Source of the DNA: an uncultured Victivallales bacterium
Lineage (GTDB): Bacteria; Verrucomicrobiota; Lentisphaeria; Victivallales; UBA1829
DNA: 64,000 nucleotides
NCBI GenBank assembly: GCA_934661375.1
Contig: CAKUJH010000011.1
Coordinates: 24,795 to 88,794 of the forward strand
Direction: 5' to 3'
The notes under the pieces are model-generated. The model saw only the letters and a program-made list of their open reading frames with translations. It had not been told where the DNA came from and did not search any database. Below are positions 9,923 through 18,931 of the stretch, in pieces (positions within the stretch are counted from its first letter, which is position 1; each line of letters begins with the position of its first letter). The translations under genes were made by a program, and so were the position numbers.

Positions 9923-10675
9923 TCAATACCAGAGATATGCACCGTTTCCTTTTACCATTGTGGGGATGAACTGCTGCGGTTTCATCAGCGATACACTTCC
10001 ATCCGCCATGGCGGTGCTTCCCGCAAAGGAATGCCGGCGGGCGGCAGTGGAGAACAGCAGCCATCTTTCATCTCCGCCTTTGACGTAGCAGAGATACCAG
10101 ATGTTTTCCACACTGTCCAGTTTGTGGATCAGCTTGTTGCTGTCCCAGTAGGATTCACGGAATTCGATGGTGCGGGAGGGTTCCTTGATGCTGGCGCGTT
10201 TTTTGTTGGATTTTGTTCCGACAGCCCATTTGGGCGTGATACCGCCGGCGAGCAGAGCATTGACCTGATAGCTCAGCAGGGTTCCGACCGGCGGACGTTT
10301 GGCGTTGGTGTCATGGAATATGTTGCTCAGGGAGGTGCTGCACGCCATGACTTTGCCGGTTACGTATTTGTTGTCGCGCAGCAGACTGAAGTAGTTGGAG
10401 TTGTCAGACCACATGCCGAGCGGGATGCGTCCCTGATAATCGTTGCTGTACATGTTGCCAGCCAGGGCGATCTGCTTTGCCTGGGAGACGCAGTTGATGC
10501 CCTGTGCTTTTTCCCGTGCAGCTTTCAGCGCAGGTAGCAGCATTCCCGCCAGAATGGCAATGATCGCAATCACCACGAGGAGTTCTATTAATGTGAACCT
10601 CAACGGTTTACGATTCAAGTATGAGGTGTGAAATATGAAATATGAAATGGATGATAATGCTTTTTGTCTGATCAT
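9923..10675 (-). CDS. Prepilin-type N-terminal cleavage/methylation domain protein (DUF1559-like pseudopilin), paralog 1
   Basis: [26 protein letters not shown] hydrophobic N-terminal helix preceded by a ~24-aa leader. The downstream region is typical of PVC DUF1559 proteins. Confidence 0.8.
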   Translation of the reverse strand: MIRQKALSSISYFIFHTSYLNRKPLRFTLIELLVVIAIIAILAGMLLPALKAAREKAQGINCVSQAKQIALAGNMYSNDYQGRIPLGMWSDNSNYFSLLRDNKYVTGKVMACSTSLSNIFHDTNAKRPPVGTLLSYQVNALLAGGITPKWAVGTKSNKKRASIKEPSRTIEFRESYWDSNKLIHKLDSVENIWYLCYVKGGDERWLLFSTAARRHSFAGSTAMADGSVSLMKPQQFIPTMVKGNGAYLWY

Positions 10676-10868
10676 GATTCTGTTTCCTTTCGTTCATTTT
10701 GACGGCAATTTTGTTTGCGGCAGATTTCAAGCTGTCTCCTTTTCCTTTCGATCAAACCTCGCTTTCTTTTGCCATAGCAATTTATTGGTTGATGTTGTAA
10801 TTCTGTCGTTTTCTGTTCATTGAATATTATAATATACTTCCCTTGAAAAAAGAATAGACGGAAATGCG

Positions 10869-10989
10869 GATTATGGAATAAAAATCCAATAAAAAGTGAT
10901 ATTTTCTGAAGTGCAGTTGAAAAATGGTTTTACGGTATTATACTATGACAGAAAGCGAGGTGCGCAATGAAGGTCAAAGGGAAAGACGG
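10869..10989. repeat. 121-bp direct repeat, copy A; contains a promoter-like region and the first 8 codons of an AraC gene followed by a premature stop
   Basis: 120/121 nt identical to 12689..12809. The ATGAAGGTCAAAGGGAAAGACGG remnant runs into a stop after 12 codons. Confidence 0.85.
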
Positions 10990-11005
10990 AATCTCATACT
11001 GAAAG

Positions 11006-11998
11006 TTACAGATTCGGTATGATTTTGGGTAGATTCATGAGGTCCATGCCTGTTTTTTGAAATGCCGGATGATATGAATCAACCTGTTTTGGCAGAATTC
11101 TGTCATGATACAGGTTTTTCAGTTCGTTTTGGAAAGTCGCTTCTGATACTTCAGCAAGAGTCGGGTTGGAACAGGTTTGCCAAAGCTGTCCGAGGGAATC
11201 GTAGATGTTTGTCCATGACGCAAAAACAGGAGTATGAATATCAAAGAACTGCAGGAGTTTTTCCGGATTATTCAGATAATACTGTTTCCCTTTCGTGATG
11301 CCGTTGATTGAACGGACAAAATTACCGGCAGTCAGCTCACCCAGAACGTCCTGAATAGATTTCCAGCAGAATCCGCTGCGGTCGACAATATCCTGTATCT
11401 TGCAGGTTCCGGACGTCAGCAGAACCAGAATGGTTTCAACGCGGGCAGAAATTCCCAGAATCCCGCGCATACGGAGCAGAAGCGAAGCCGTGTTCTGCGG
11501 AAATTCCAGAGGTATTTTTCCGGAGTACCGCCGATGATTGCGCAGAAATCCGCAATGAAGTGCGAGAGGATCATTTTTCGGAATGAATTCTTCCGGCTTG
11601 TCTTCTGCATCCCGGAATAACGCAACAGGGGCAGAAATGTCTTTTGCAGTATAATCGTCTGCCGGTTTCTTCCAGCGGCCCGGGGAAGTTTCCGCTGTGA
11701 CGGCTGCCATATAACCAAGCGATGCGGAATCTTTCCATTCCGCCTTGGCATAAAGCGCTTTCAGCCGCTGGATATTGATCTGCGGAGAGTGGATTTGCAG
11801 CCAGTCCAGAATCAGATCGTAAAGCCGCTGGTCATACCGGGCAAAGCCTGCGGAGAATATGAGAAGCGCTTCCGGATCGAGGATAATTTCTGAATCCGGA
11901 ACAGTAATGTGACCTGGAATTCCAAGTGCGGTCCACTGTCTCCACAACAGATTTTGAATCGCATCAAAAAGCTGCTGTTTATATTCCTGCACTGACAT
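11006..11998 (-). CDS. Hypothetical protein (330 aa), possible wHTH near the C-terminus; partner of the NTase-like gene
   Basis: ORF with no recognisable family. Its first 20 nt overlap the upstream NTase-like ORF. GC is lower than in neighbouring genes. Confidence 0.55.
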   Translation of the reverse strand: MSVQEYKQQLFDAIQNLLWRQWTALGIPGHITVPDSEIILDPEALLIFSAGFARYDQRLYDLILDWLQIHSPQINIQRLKALYAKAEWKDSASLGYMAAVTAETSPGRWKKPADDYTAKDISAPVALFRDAEDKPEEFIPKNDPLALHCGFLRNHRRYSGKIPLEFPQNTASLLLRMRGILGISARVETILVLLTSGTCKIQDIVDRSGFCWKSIQDVLGELTAGNFVRSINGITKGKQYYLNNPEKLLQFFDIHTPVFASWTNIYDSLGQLWQTCSNPTLAEVSEATFQNELKNLYHDRILPKQVDSYHPAFQKTGMDLMNLPKIIPNL

Positions 11999-12566
11999 TT
12001 TGCCACCCCAGTTTAATGAACATGTCCTTCAGAATCTCCCGGAATTCAGGAGATATATCTTGCGTCATACACCATTTTGCCGCAGAAATGAGTTCTTCTT
12101 CTGTTGGAGAAAGCTGCTTCAAATCAGTTACGTGATATCCGCCCCGGTCTGCAGATGCAAATGTCTTGAAAAAAATCTGGTCGATACGGCTGATGTAGTA
12201 TACGGTCAGTTTTTTCCCAATAACAACGGCATGAAGTCTTTCTGCAAAACCTGCCGGCAAGCCCATTCGGAACTGGGATGCCGGTCCGTTGTTCAGCCAG
12301 TCGCCGGAAAGATTCATGATTTGGCCGACTTTTTCAGCGGCGCAGACGAGATAATCCGGAAGCGGTTCCGGATCAGCCAGGACTCCCCCCTTCATGATGG
12401 CTACAATGTCAACGTCCTGCGTAGTTCTGGGAACAAGAGACATTGCAATCAAAGCCGAGCCGCCGCAGACAACCAGTTCTGTCTGGGGTGAATCCGCCAG
12501 AATGAGCTGTTCATTCAGCAGATACAGTGCATGGTTCAGTTTTTCTATATCAATGATTTTTTTCAT
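11979..12566 (-). CDS. Minimal Pol-beta superfamily nucleotidyltransferase-like protein (AbiEii/DUF1814-like motif), 195 aa
   Basis: hG[GS]...[DE]h[DE]h pattern: VVCGGSALIAMSLVPRTTQDVDIV, followed by a C-terminal helical domain. Lower GC than flanks. Confidence 0.6.
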   Translation of the reverse strand: MKKIIDIEKLNHALYLLNEQLILADSPQTELVVCGGSALIAMSLVPRTTQDVDIVAIMKGGVLADPEPLPDYLVCAAEKVGQIMNLSGDWLNNGPASQFRMGLPAGFAERLHAVVIGKKLTVYYISRIDQIFFKTFASADRGGYHVTDLKQLSPTEEELISAAKWCMTQDISPEFREILKDMFIKLGWQNVSAGI

Positions 12567-12688
12567 GATTCATATCTTCTATGTGGGTTTTACTATAATA
12601 TAAACTGGGTTTTAATTAAATTCAATTTGAAAATGAATAAATTTCATAAAAAACAATGATTCTGGATCGTACGTTGTGACAGAAAGCA

Positions 12689-12809
12689 GATTATGGAATA
12701 AAAATCCAATAAAAAGTGATATTTTCTGAAGTGCAGTTGAAAAATGGTTTTACGGTATTATACTATGACAGAAAGCGAGGTGCACAATGAAGGTCAAAGG
12801 GAAAGACGG
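12689..12809. repeat. 121-bp direct repeat, copy B; supplies the promoter region and start codon of the intact AraC gene at 12787
   Basis: Near-identical to 10869..10989, with a single A/G difference. Confidence 0.85.
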
Positions 12810-13659
12810 TTTTTCTTTTTCCAAATATGAAATGGAGCCAAGCAAACTGTCCGTTCATACGGAAAGCTGGTTCCGGATGCACGGAAATTATCCGCTGTGG
12901 TTCGGCTGGACATTGCGTTCCATCTGTCGGAAAGGCTGGTATTTCAAACATTACAACGCGACGATCAACAGCATCGAAATACCTGTTTCCGGTACTCTGA
13001 AGGTGATGCGTCAGGACCGCGAATACATACTTCCGCCGGGACATGCGCTGATTCTGCCGGAGGGGGAGGACAATCTGCTGTCTACAGATACTTCGCTGGA
13101 TAAAATCGCTTTCGGGGTGAGCGGTTCGCTGGCAGTGCCGCTGATCCGGTCATTGTTCGGGGATTATTTCCAGATCACCGGATTGAACTGTGCAAAAATC
13201 CAGGAATATTACCGGTGGCTGGCTCCGCTGCTGCGGAAAAGTGATCCTGCGGACATTCCGAAAATCAGCGGGATCGGCATGGAACTGCTGTATTATCTGG
13301 CGTCGCACCTGGACCGGAGCATTCCCGCGGAACTGCTTCGGGCGGTGGAAATCATGAATTACAATTCCGGACGGAGAATCCGGATCAGCGACATCGCCGC
13401 GGAATGCGGTTTTTCGGATTATCAGCTGTCCCGTCTGTTCCTGAAACATTACGGGATGACCCCGAAACAGTACCTGATGCGCCAGAAAATTCAGAAATGC
13501 TGTGCCTTGCTCAAGGATTCGCAGGACCGCATCAAGGAAATCTCCGCATCCGCCGGCTATGCGGATATGCACGTTTTTTCCAAAGAATTCAAGAAACGAT
13601 GCGGCATGACGCCGCGCCAGTTCCGGAAACAGATGCGGGAAAAATCAACTCTCGGCTGA
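12787..13659 (+). CDS. AraC family transcriptional regulator
   Basis: C-terminal HTH_AraC (ISDIAAECGFSDYQLSRLFLKHYGMTPKQYLMRQKIQKCCALL...HVFSKEFKKRCGMTPRQFRK). The first 23 nt lie inside repeat copy B. Confidence 0.85.
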   Translation: MKVKGKDGFSFSKYEMEPSKLSVHTESWFRMHGNYPLWFGWTLRSICRKGWYFKHYNATINSIEIPVSGTLKVMRQDREYILPPGHALILPEGEDNLLSTDTSLDKIAFGVSGSLAVPLIRSLFGDYFQITGLNCAKIQEYYRWLAPLLRKSDPADIPKISGIGMELLYYLASHLDRSIPAELLRAVEIMNYNSGRRIRISDIAAECGFSDYQLSRLFLKHYGMTPKQYLMRQKIQKCCALLKDSQDRIKEISASAGYADMHVFSKEFKKRCGMTPRQFRKQMREKSTLG

Positions 13660-13874
13660 TTGTCCGGTTCCATTCCGGTGTTTGGTGGATGCAGAGCCCC
13701 TGTGCGTTTGTTAGATATATGAAAATAGTTAGTCGTCTCTAAAAACATTGCTTGCTTTTTCCGGATTCAGCGATATATTACCCCGACATCGGAATAAAAT
13801 GTCGGCGTGAATACATGACGCTTTTTTTTGATTCCGGTGTGTTAGGCACAGCTAATTAATGAGGAGCAAAAAAT

Positions 13875-14267
13875 ATGAATAAGACAGTGTTAGTGGTGAT
13901 TCTGCTGTTTATTGCCTGCGGAATACTGTGCGCCCGGATGATTTCCTGGACGCCGCGTCCGGATTTCATCCCCGATGAAGATGCAATCGTTGCCGTGGAA
14001 GTGATCAATGACTTTCTTGCAGCAGTGAAGAAACATGATGAAAAAACATTGAAAAAACTCTGGCATTTTGAAAATATGAAAAATGCGAAGCAGGTCATTT
14101 CCGATGTTTCCGGCGGAGACGGTGAATTTCAGCTGCAATGTGCTGTATATACCGGAAAAAAACGGGACCGGATTCTGGTAACCGGTTTGCTGCCCAACGG
14201 CAGATTTCCGGATATTGAAATGGAGAAGAACGGCGAAAGTTTCCGAATTGTCGAACTGCGTTTTTAA
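13875..14267 (+). CDS. Small secreted/lipoprotein-like hypothetical protein (130 aa)
   Basis: Signal peptide MNKTVLVVILLFIACG with a lipobox-like IAC|G. AGGAG RBS upstream. Confidence 0.5.
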   Translation: MNKTVLVVILLFIACGILCARMISWTPRPDFIPDEDAIVAVEVINDFLAAVKKHDEKTLKKLWHFENMKNAKQVISDVSGGDGEFQLQCAVYTGKKRDRILVTGLLPNGRFPDIEMEKNGESFRIVELRF

Positions 14268-14312
14268 TAAAACGGACGGTTCGGCAGAACGCTGAGCAGA
14301 AGGACATTTTTC

Positions 14313-15614
14313 ATGCGGATGCAGAATTCTTACCTTTTGGCATTGAACCGGTTCCGCCGGAAAGCGGCAGCGGCTCGGCTGCCCACAGTTCTGATGAATG
14401 CGTTCGGGGTGATGATCGCTGCTGCTGCGCTGCTGTCTGTGGCTGTCCGGTGCGGATGGTTCGGACGGAATGTTTACTGGTGTCTTCCGCTGGTTCTGGC
14501 TGCCGCAGGAGTGTTTTTTTTCTGCCGCAGCCGGCTTTCCTCGGTTCAGAGCGCCCGGCTTGCGGATCGGTTGTCCAATGCCGACCGTCGGGCGGAGAAT
14601 GCCTGGGAACTGCTGAAACGGAACGCCGAAGGTGAGTTTGCAGAATATGCCATTCAATGCGGTGTTGAAAGTCTGGATCTCGCGACCACCCGGCTGACAG
14701 GGGAAAAAATCCGCTGGCGGAATCTGGTGATTCCGGTTCTGATTCTGCTGCTGGTTCAATTGCCGGTTCCGTCCTTCCTGCATACCCGCGAAACCATATC
14801 CGGAACGGGTGCAGTTCCTTCGGACAGCAGAGCGGATTCACGCAAAGATTCGGAGCTGAATTCTCCGGAGAAACAGAACCCGACAGCAAAATCCGCAGGA
14901 TCGGAAAACAATTCCGGCAGAGGTTCCGCAGAACTTGCCGGGCGTACCGGCAAATCCGGAACTGACGGCGATCTGCAGAATGTCCGGTCCGGCAGCCGTT
15001 CCGCTATTCAGCGGGGACGGGGCGGCAGCGGCGTACCGGCAAATCCGGAATCGGAATCCGTACCGGATGAGGATACAGATTCCCGGCAGTCTGCGGAGAG
15101 CAGCGGCAGGAACACTGCCGGCGGGGCGGCTGGAAACGGTGGTCTTTCCGGAGAGGAAAACGGAACAAATCTCATAAATGTTGCCGCCGGCAGTACCGGA
15201 GACGGCAGATCCCGGAATGAACGGAAACGTCAGAAAAAAAGTGTCCGGAAAAAGATACAGGAATCGCGCGGCGGAGTTCAGCCGCTTCTGCCCGACTGCA
15301 ATCCGCCGGCGGGTCGCGAACTTTCTGAAAAAGAAGGTCATGGGGATCAGCCCGGAGACGGGCGCGGCGGAGATACCGGCGCAAAAAAATCGCGCGGCGC
15401 CGCGGCGTTTCTGCCGGTAACCCCGCAGCCGGATACGGTTGCCGGGCGTCTGGGTGTCGGAGAAGATCTCACTTCTGCCGAATCTGGACGTTCCGAAGGG
15501 GATGGGCAGCTGTCCGGAACACCTGCGGATGTACGCAGAGCCGCAGAGCCGCTGCCCCGTTTTACCGCTTTGCCGGAAACGGTCCGCAGACAAATCCGAA
15601 ACAATATGAAATAA
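14313..15614 (+). CDS. Membrane protein with long Ser/Gly/Arg/Glu-rich disordered region; first gene of the Bat/MoxR-type operon
   Basis: Two or more N-terminal TM segments, another TM near aa 140, then ~280 aa of low-complexity sequence. Tightly linked to downstream genes. Confidence 0.55.
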   Translation: MRMQNSYLLALNRFRRKAAAARLPTVLMNAFGVMIAAAALLSVAVRCGWFGRNVYWCLPLVLAAAGVFFFCRSRLSSVQSARLADRLSNADRRAENAWELLKRNAEGEFAEYAIQCGVESLDLATTRLTGEKIRWRNLVIPVLILLLVQLPVPSFLHTRETISGTGAVPSDSRADSRKDSELNSPEKQNPTAKSAGSENNSGRGSAELAGRTGKSGTDGDLQNVRSGSRSAIQRGRGGSGVPANPESESVPDEDTDSRQSAESSGRNTAGGAAGNGGLSGEENGTNLINVAAGSTGDGRSRNERKRQKKSVRKKIQESRGGVQPLLPDCNPPAGRELSEKEGHGDQPGDGRGGDTGAKKSRGAAAFLPVTPQPDTVAGRLGVGEDLTSAESGRSEGDGQLSGTPADVRRAAEPLPRFTALPETVRRQIRNNMK

Positions 15615-15630
15615 GGTATATTCAACATAA

Positions 15631-16125
15631 TTGGAGACTGCAATGAAGAAAAAAACACTGCTGCTGGCAGGTCTGCTGGCTTCGGGAATGTTTGCCGTTC
15701 TGGCGTCATCTCCGGACAAGAACACCACTGAACAGCTGCGCCGTGAGATCCGGAAAACTTATCCGAAAGCGGAAAAACTGGATTTCAGCCGTGCCGGACG
15801 GGTTTATCTGTCGGACAAGGATGGAAAGCCGCTGGGACATGTCCGCTATACGCATCCGCTGTCCGCCGGAGCCAGAGGTTTCCGCGGTCCGGTTCCGGTG
15901 ATGGTCATGCTGGATGCGTCGGGAAAAGTGCTTACGGTATCTCTGCTGTCCTGCCGCGAAGATTCATCATTCCTGCGGAAACTGTACCGTGCGGAATATT
16001 TTGACAGCTGGAGCGGATTTTCCCGTGCGGATGCGGCGGAACTGGACGTGGACGGTGTAACCGGAGCTACGTTCAGCAGCAAAGCCGCGGCGGAATCTGT
16101 GCGGTCATTGCTGCGGGAAAAATGA
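15631..16125 (+). CDS. Secreted FMN-binding domain protein
   Basis: Signal peptide. A VDGVTGATFSSKA motif matches the FMN_bind (RnfG/NosR-type) covalent FMN attachment region. Confidence 0.65.
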   Translation: METAMKKKTLLLAGLLASGMFAVLASSPDKNTTEQLRREIRKTYPKAEKLDFSRAGRVYLSDKDGKPLGHVRYTHPLSAGARGFRGPVPVMVMLDASGKVLTVSLLSCREDSSFLRKLYRAEYFDSWSGFSRADAAELDVDGVTGATFSSKAAAESVRSLLREK

Positions 16126-17138
16126 AAAGACAGGAGGTCGCAATGAATCAGAATAAAATCCAGATGCCGGAACCGGTGCGGAAATTCCGGGAATCATTTT
16201 TCCGGCTGAAAGATGAATTGTCCCGGGTTTTTGTGGGACATGATGAACTGATCACCGATCTGCTCGGAGCCGTCATGGCGGACGGGCATGTCCTGCTGGA
16301 AGGTGTTCCGGGGCTGGGGAAAACTCTGCTGGCGCGGAGTCTGGCGGGATGTCTTGACCTGAAATTTTCCCGCATACAGTTTACGCCGGATCTGATGCCT
16401 GCCGATATCACCGGCTCGCTTCAACTGCAGGAGGACGCCGCCGGAGTACCGCGTCTGACATTCCGTCCGGGGCCGCTGCTGGCGAACTTTGTGCTGGCGG
16501 ATGAAATCAACCGTGCGACGCCCCGTACGCAATCCGCCCTGCTGGAAGCGATGCAGGAACACCAGATCACAGCGGGCGACCGCACCATGAAAATTCCGGA
16601 ACCGTTCACGGTGATTGCTACGCAGAACCCGATTGAACAGGAAGGAACATATCCGCTGCCGGAAGCGGAACTGGACCGTTTTATCATCAAATTGAATCTG
16701 GGATACCCGCGCGAGGAAGAGTACAGCCGGATTCTGGACCTTACCACCGGAACCGCCGACAGCGGCGTTCATGCGGTCTGCACCGGAGAAGAAGTGCTGG
16801 AAATGCGCCGTACAGTCCGGTCTGTTCTGGCAGAGGAAAATGCGAAAAGCTATGCCGTGCATTGGGTTATGTCGACGCAGCCGGATTCGGAATACTGTCC
16901 GGCGGAATGCCGGGACATGCTGTTGCGCGGAGCCGGTCCGCGGGCGGCGCAGGGCATGATTCTGATGAGTAAAGTGTACGCGCTGCTGGACGGGCGCACC
17001 GCCATCGGTCCAGCGGATCTTGACCGTGCCGCCCTGCCGGTTCTGCGGCATCGTATTGCTCTGCGTTTCGAAGCGCAGATGTCCGGAGAAACGCCGGACT
17101 CCGTGCTGAACCGGCTTCATGAAGGTCTGCGGAAATGA
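16122..17138 (+). CDS. MoxR-family AAA+ ATPase
   Basis: Walker A (GVPGLGKT), Walker B (LADEINRA), the conserved block IATQNPIEQEGTYPLPEAELDRF, and the C-terminal MoxR lid. Confidence 0.9.
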   Translation: MKRQEVAMNQNKIQMPEPVRKFRESFFRLKDELSRVFVGHDELITDLLGAVMADGHVLLEGVPGLGKTLLARSLAGCLDLKFSRIQFTPDLMPADITGSLQLQEDAAGVPRLTFRPGPLLANFVLADEINRATPRTQSALLEAMQEHQITAGDRTMKIPEPFTVIATQNPIEQEGTYPLPEAELDRFIIKLNLGYPREEEYSRILDLTTGTADSGVHAVCTGEEVLEMRRTVRSVLAEENAKSYAVHWVMSTQPDSEYCPAECRDMLLRGAGPRAAQGMILMSKVYALLDGRTAIGPADLDRAALPVLRHRIALRFEAQMSGETPDSVLNRLHEGLRK

Positions 17139-17992
17139 ATCCTGAATCCGAACTGTTTCCTCCGGAATTGCTTCAGGCGGCGTCTTTGTGCCGTCCTGCA
17201 CCCGAAAACGGCGGCATGAATTTTTCCGCCGGGCGGCATCGTTCGCCGTATCGCGGAGACAGTGCGGAATTTCAGGATTACCGGGCGTATGTTCCCGGAG
17301 ATGATTTACGCCGGGTGGACTGGAATATATTCCGGCGTTCCCGCAAACTGCTGTTGCGTCAATATCGGAATTTCCCGCAGAAAAAACACCGGATCATTCT
17401 GGACGGTTCGGCATCGATCCGATTTCGGAACTGCCGCGTGCAGACGGTCTGGCGTCTGGCGGCTCTGCTGGGGGGTACTCTGCTCTGCAGCGGAGACGGG
17501 GTTACGCTGTCCTGTGCGGACCGGATTTATCCGTTTGCGCCGGGACGTCCTGCACTGGCAGGATTCATTTCCGCACTGCTGGAAGAATACCGGCGTCCGG
17601 CTTCCGCCGCACCGTCATTCCGTTTCCCCTCCGGTTGTCACAACTGGCTCATTTCTGATTTTATGGATCCTGCCGGGCTGGCGCATCTGAAAAAAACTTT
17701 CATGACCTGTCGCGGTTTTACACCGGTTCGGATTTTTGAACAAAGCGAACTGCATCCGGAATGGATTGGCGAAATCCGGCTGACCGATGCGGAAAGCCGG
17801 GCGGAAATTACGGTGTCCCCGGAACCTGAACAGCTGAAACGGTATCAGAAACAGCTGAAACGTTTTGAAAAAATGCTGGAAATCCCGGCACGGCGGGCGG
17901 AAAGCAGGGTACTGGCTTTTGATGCGGGGCTTCCGGTTTCAGAACTGATCTGCTGTTTTCAGCAGGAATTTTTCCCGGAGGTGCAGAAATGA
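17135..17992 (+). CDS. DUF58 protein (MoxR partner)
   Basis: YVPGDDLRRVDWNIFRRSRKLLLRQY motif. Gene overlaps and is coupled with the MoxR gene. Confidence 0.8.
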   Translation: MNPESELFPPELLQAASLCRPAPENGGMNFSAGRHRSPYRGDSAEFQDYRAYVPGDDLRRVDWNIFRRSRKLLLRQYRNFPQKKHRIILDGSASIRFRNCRVQTVWRLAALLGGTLLCSGDGVTLSCADRIYPFAPGRPALAGFISALLEEYRRPASAAPSFRFPSGCHNWLISDFMDPAGLAHLKKTFMTCRGFTPVRIFEQSELHPEWIGEIRLTDAESRAEITVSPEPEQLKRYQKQLKRFEKMLEIPARRAESRVLAFDAGLPVSELICCFQQEFFPEVQK

Positions 17993-18918
17993 TTGCGCAG
18001 GGGATTTCATGGCTGACCGCCGGATGCGCCGCGCTGGCGGCATTGGCGGCATTGCTGATTCTGCATTTTCTGCGGACACGTATTCCCGGACAGGTTGTAC
18101 CGTCCATCATGCTCTGGCTGGAAGCGGAGGCATTGCCGGTCCGGCGGATTCTGCTGGAAAAACTGTCGCGGCTGTTGAGTCTGCCGCTGCTGGCGATACT
18201 GGCGGCTCTGGCGGCATTGACGGAGCCGGTGTGGACGTCCGGGGAAAAAGTTTCGCGCATGGTGATCGCTGCCGAACCGGATTGTCTGCCGGAAGCGGAA
18301 CGGCTGTTGCGGCAGCATGATCCTTTGCAGACATCATTGATTCTGGTGTCCGGGGCAGGGGTGGTGCTTCATGATTTCGGAGAACGGAAACAGCCGGTTG
18401 TTCTGCCGGAAAAAATATTTGCGGCGGAACCGGATTCGGCGTCTGCACTGGCGGGGCGTCTGGCGGGATCGGACGGCATGGTCTGCTGGCTGGGCGCATC
18501 CGAACCGCCCTGGCTGCCGGAAAATTCTCTGTACATCCGGAAGGGATTGCCGGAAACGGAAAGTCGGAATGCCGCACTGAAAACCTGTTTCCGGAATGCG
18601 CCGGAAAAATTTATCCGCCAATGGAAAGCCGTAGACGGCGTGAAGACAGTTCCGGAAAAACAGGCGGAACTGATCCTGAACTGTACGCTGTCCGAAAATG
18701 CGTCGTCCGGCGAAATCGAAGCGGAAATGGAACGCTGTTTTGATTTGCTGATGCGTTCCGGTTTGTACGAATCCGGAGGAAAACAGCAGTATCTGTTGTC
18801 CGGAACTGCGGACGCTCCCCGTTCCGGCGCCTGGCGTCTGACCGGCTGGCTGTTCGGATTGGCATTGCTGGCTGCATTGCTGGAACTCGTTCTGTGGCAT
18901 AAACATAAAACCGTGTAG
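17989..18918 (+). CDS. BatA_N-like (aerotolerance-operon N-terminal double-TM domain) membrane protein without vWA domain
   Basis: N-terminal pattern LAALLILHFLRTR...PSIMLWL...LLAILAALAALTEPVW resembles the BatA N-terminal domain. Translationally coupled to neighbours. Confidence 0.5.
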   Translation: MIAQGISWLTAGCAALAALAALLILHFLRTRIPGQVVPSIMLWLEAEALPVRRILLEKLSRLLSLPLLAILAALAALTEPVWTSGEKVSRMVIAAEPDCLPEAERLLRQHDPLQTSLILVSGAGVVLHDFGERKQPVVLPEKIFAAEPDSASALAGRLAGSDGMVCWLGASEPPWLPENSLYIRKGLPETESRNAALKTCFRNAPEKFIRQWKAVDGVKTVPEKQAELILNCTLSENASSGEIEAEMERCFDLLMRSGLYESGGKQQYLLSGTADAPRSGAWRLTGWLFGLALLAALLELVLWHKHKTV

Positions 18919-18931
18919 GAAGGATGACGGT

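Noticed and set aside
10635-10823. 62-aa ORF in the pseudopilin / repeat-A intergenic region
   Set aside because: No RBS and a hydrophobic random-looking sequence. It lies in a region better explained as promoter and repeat.
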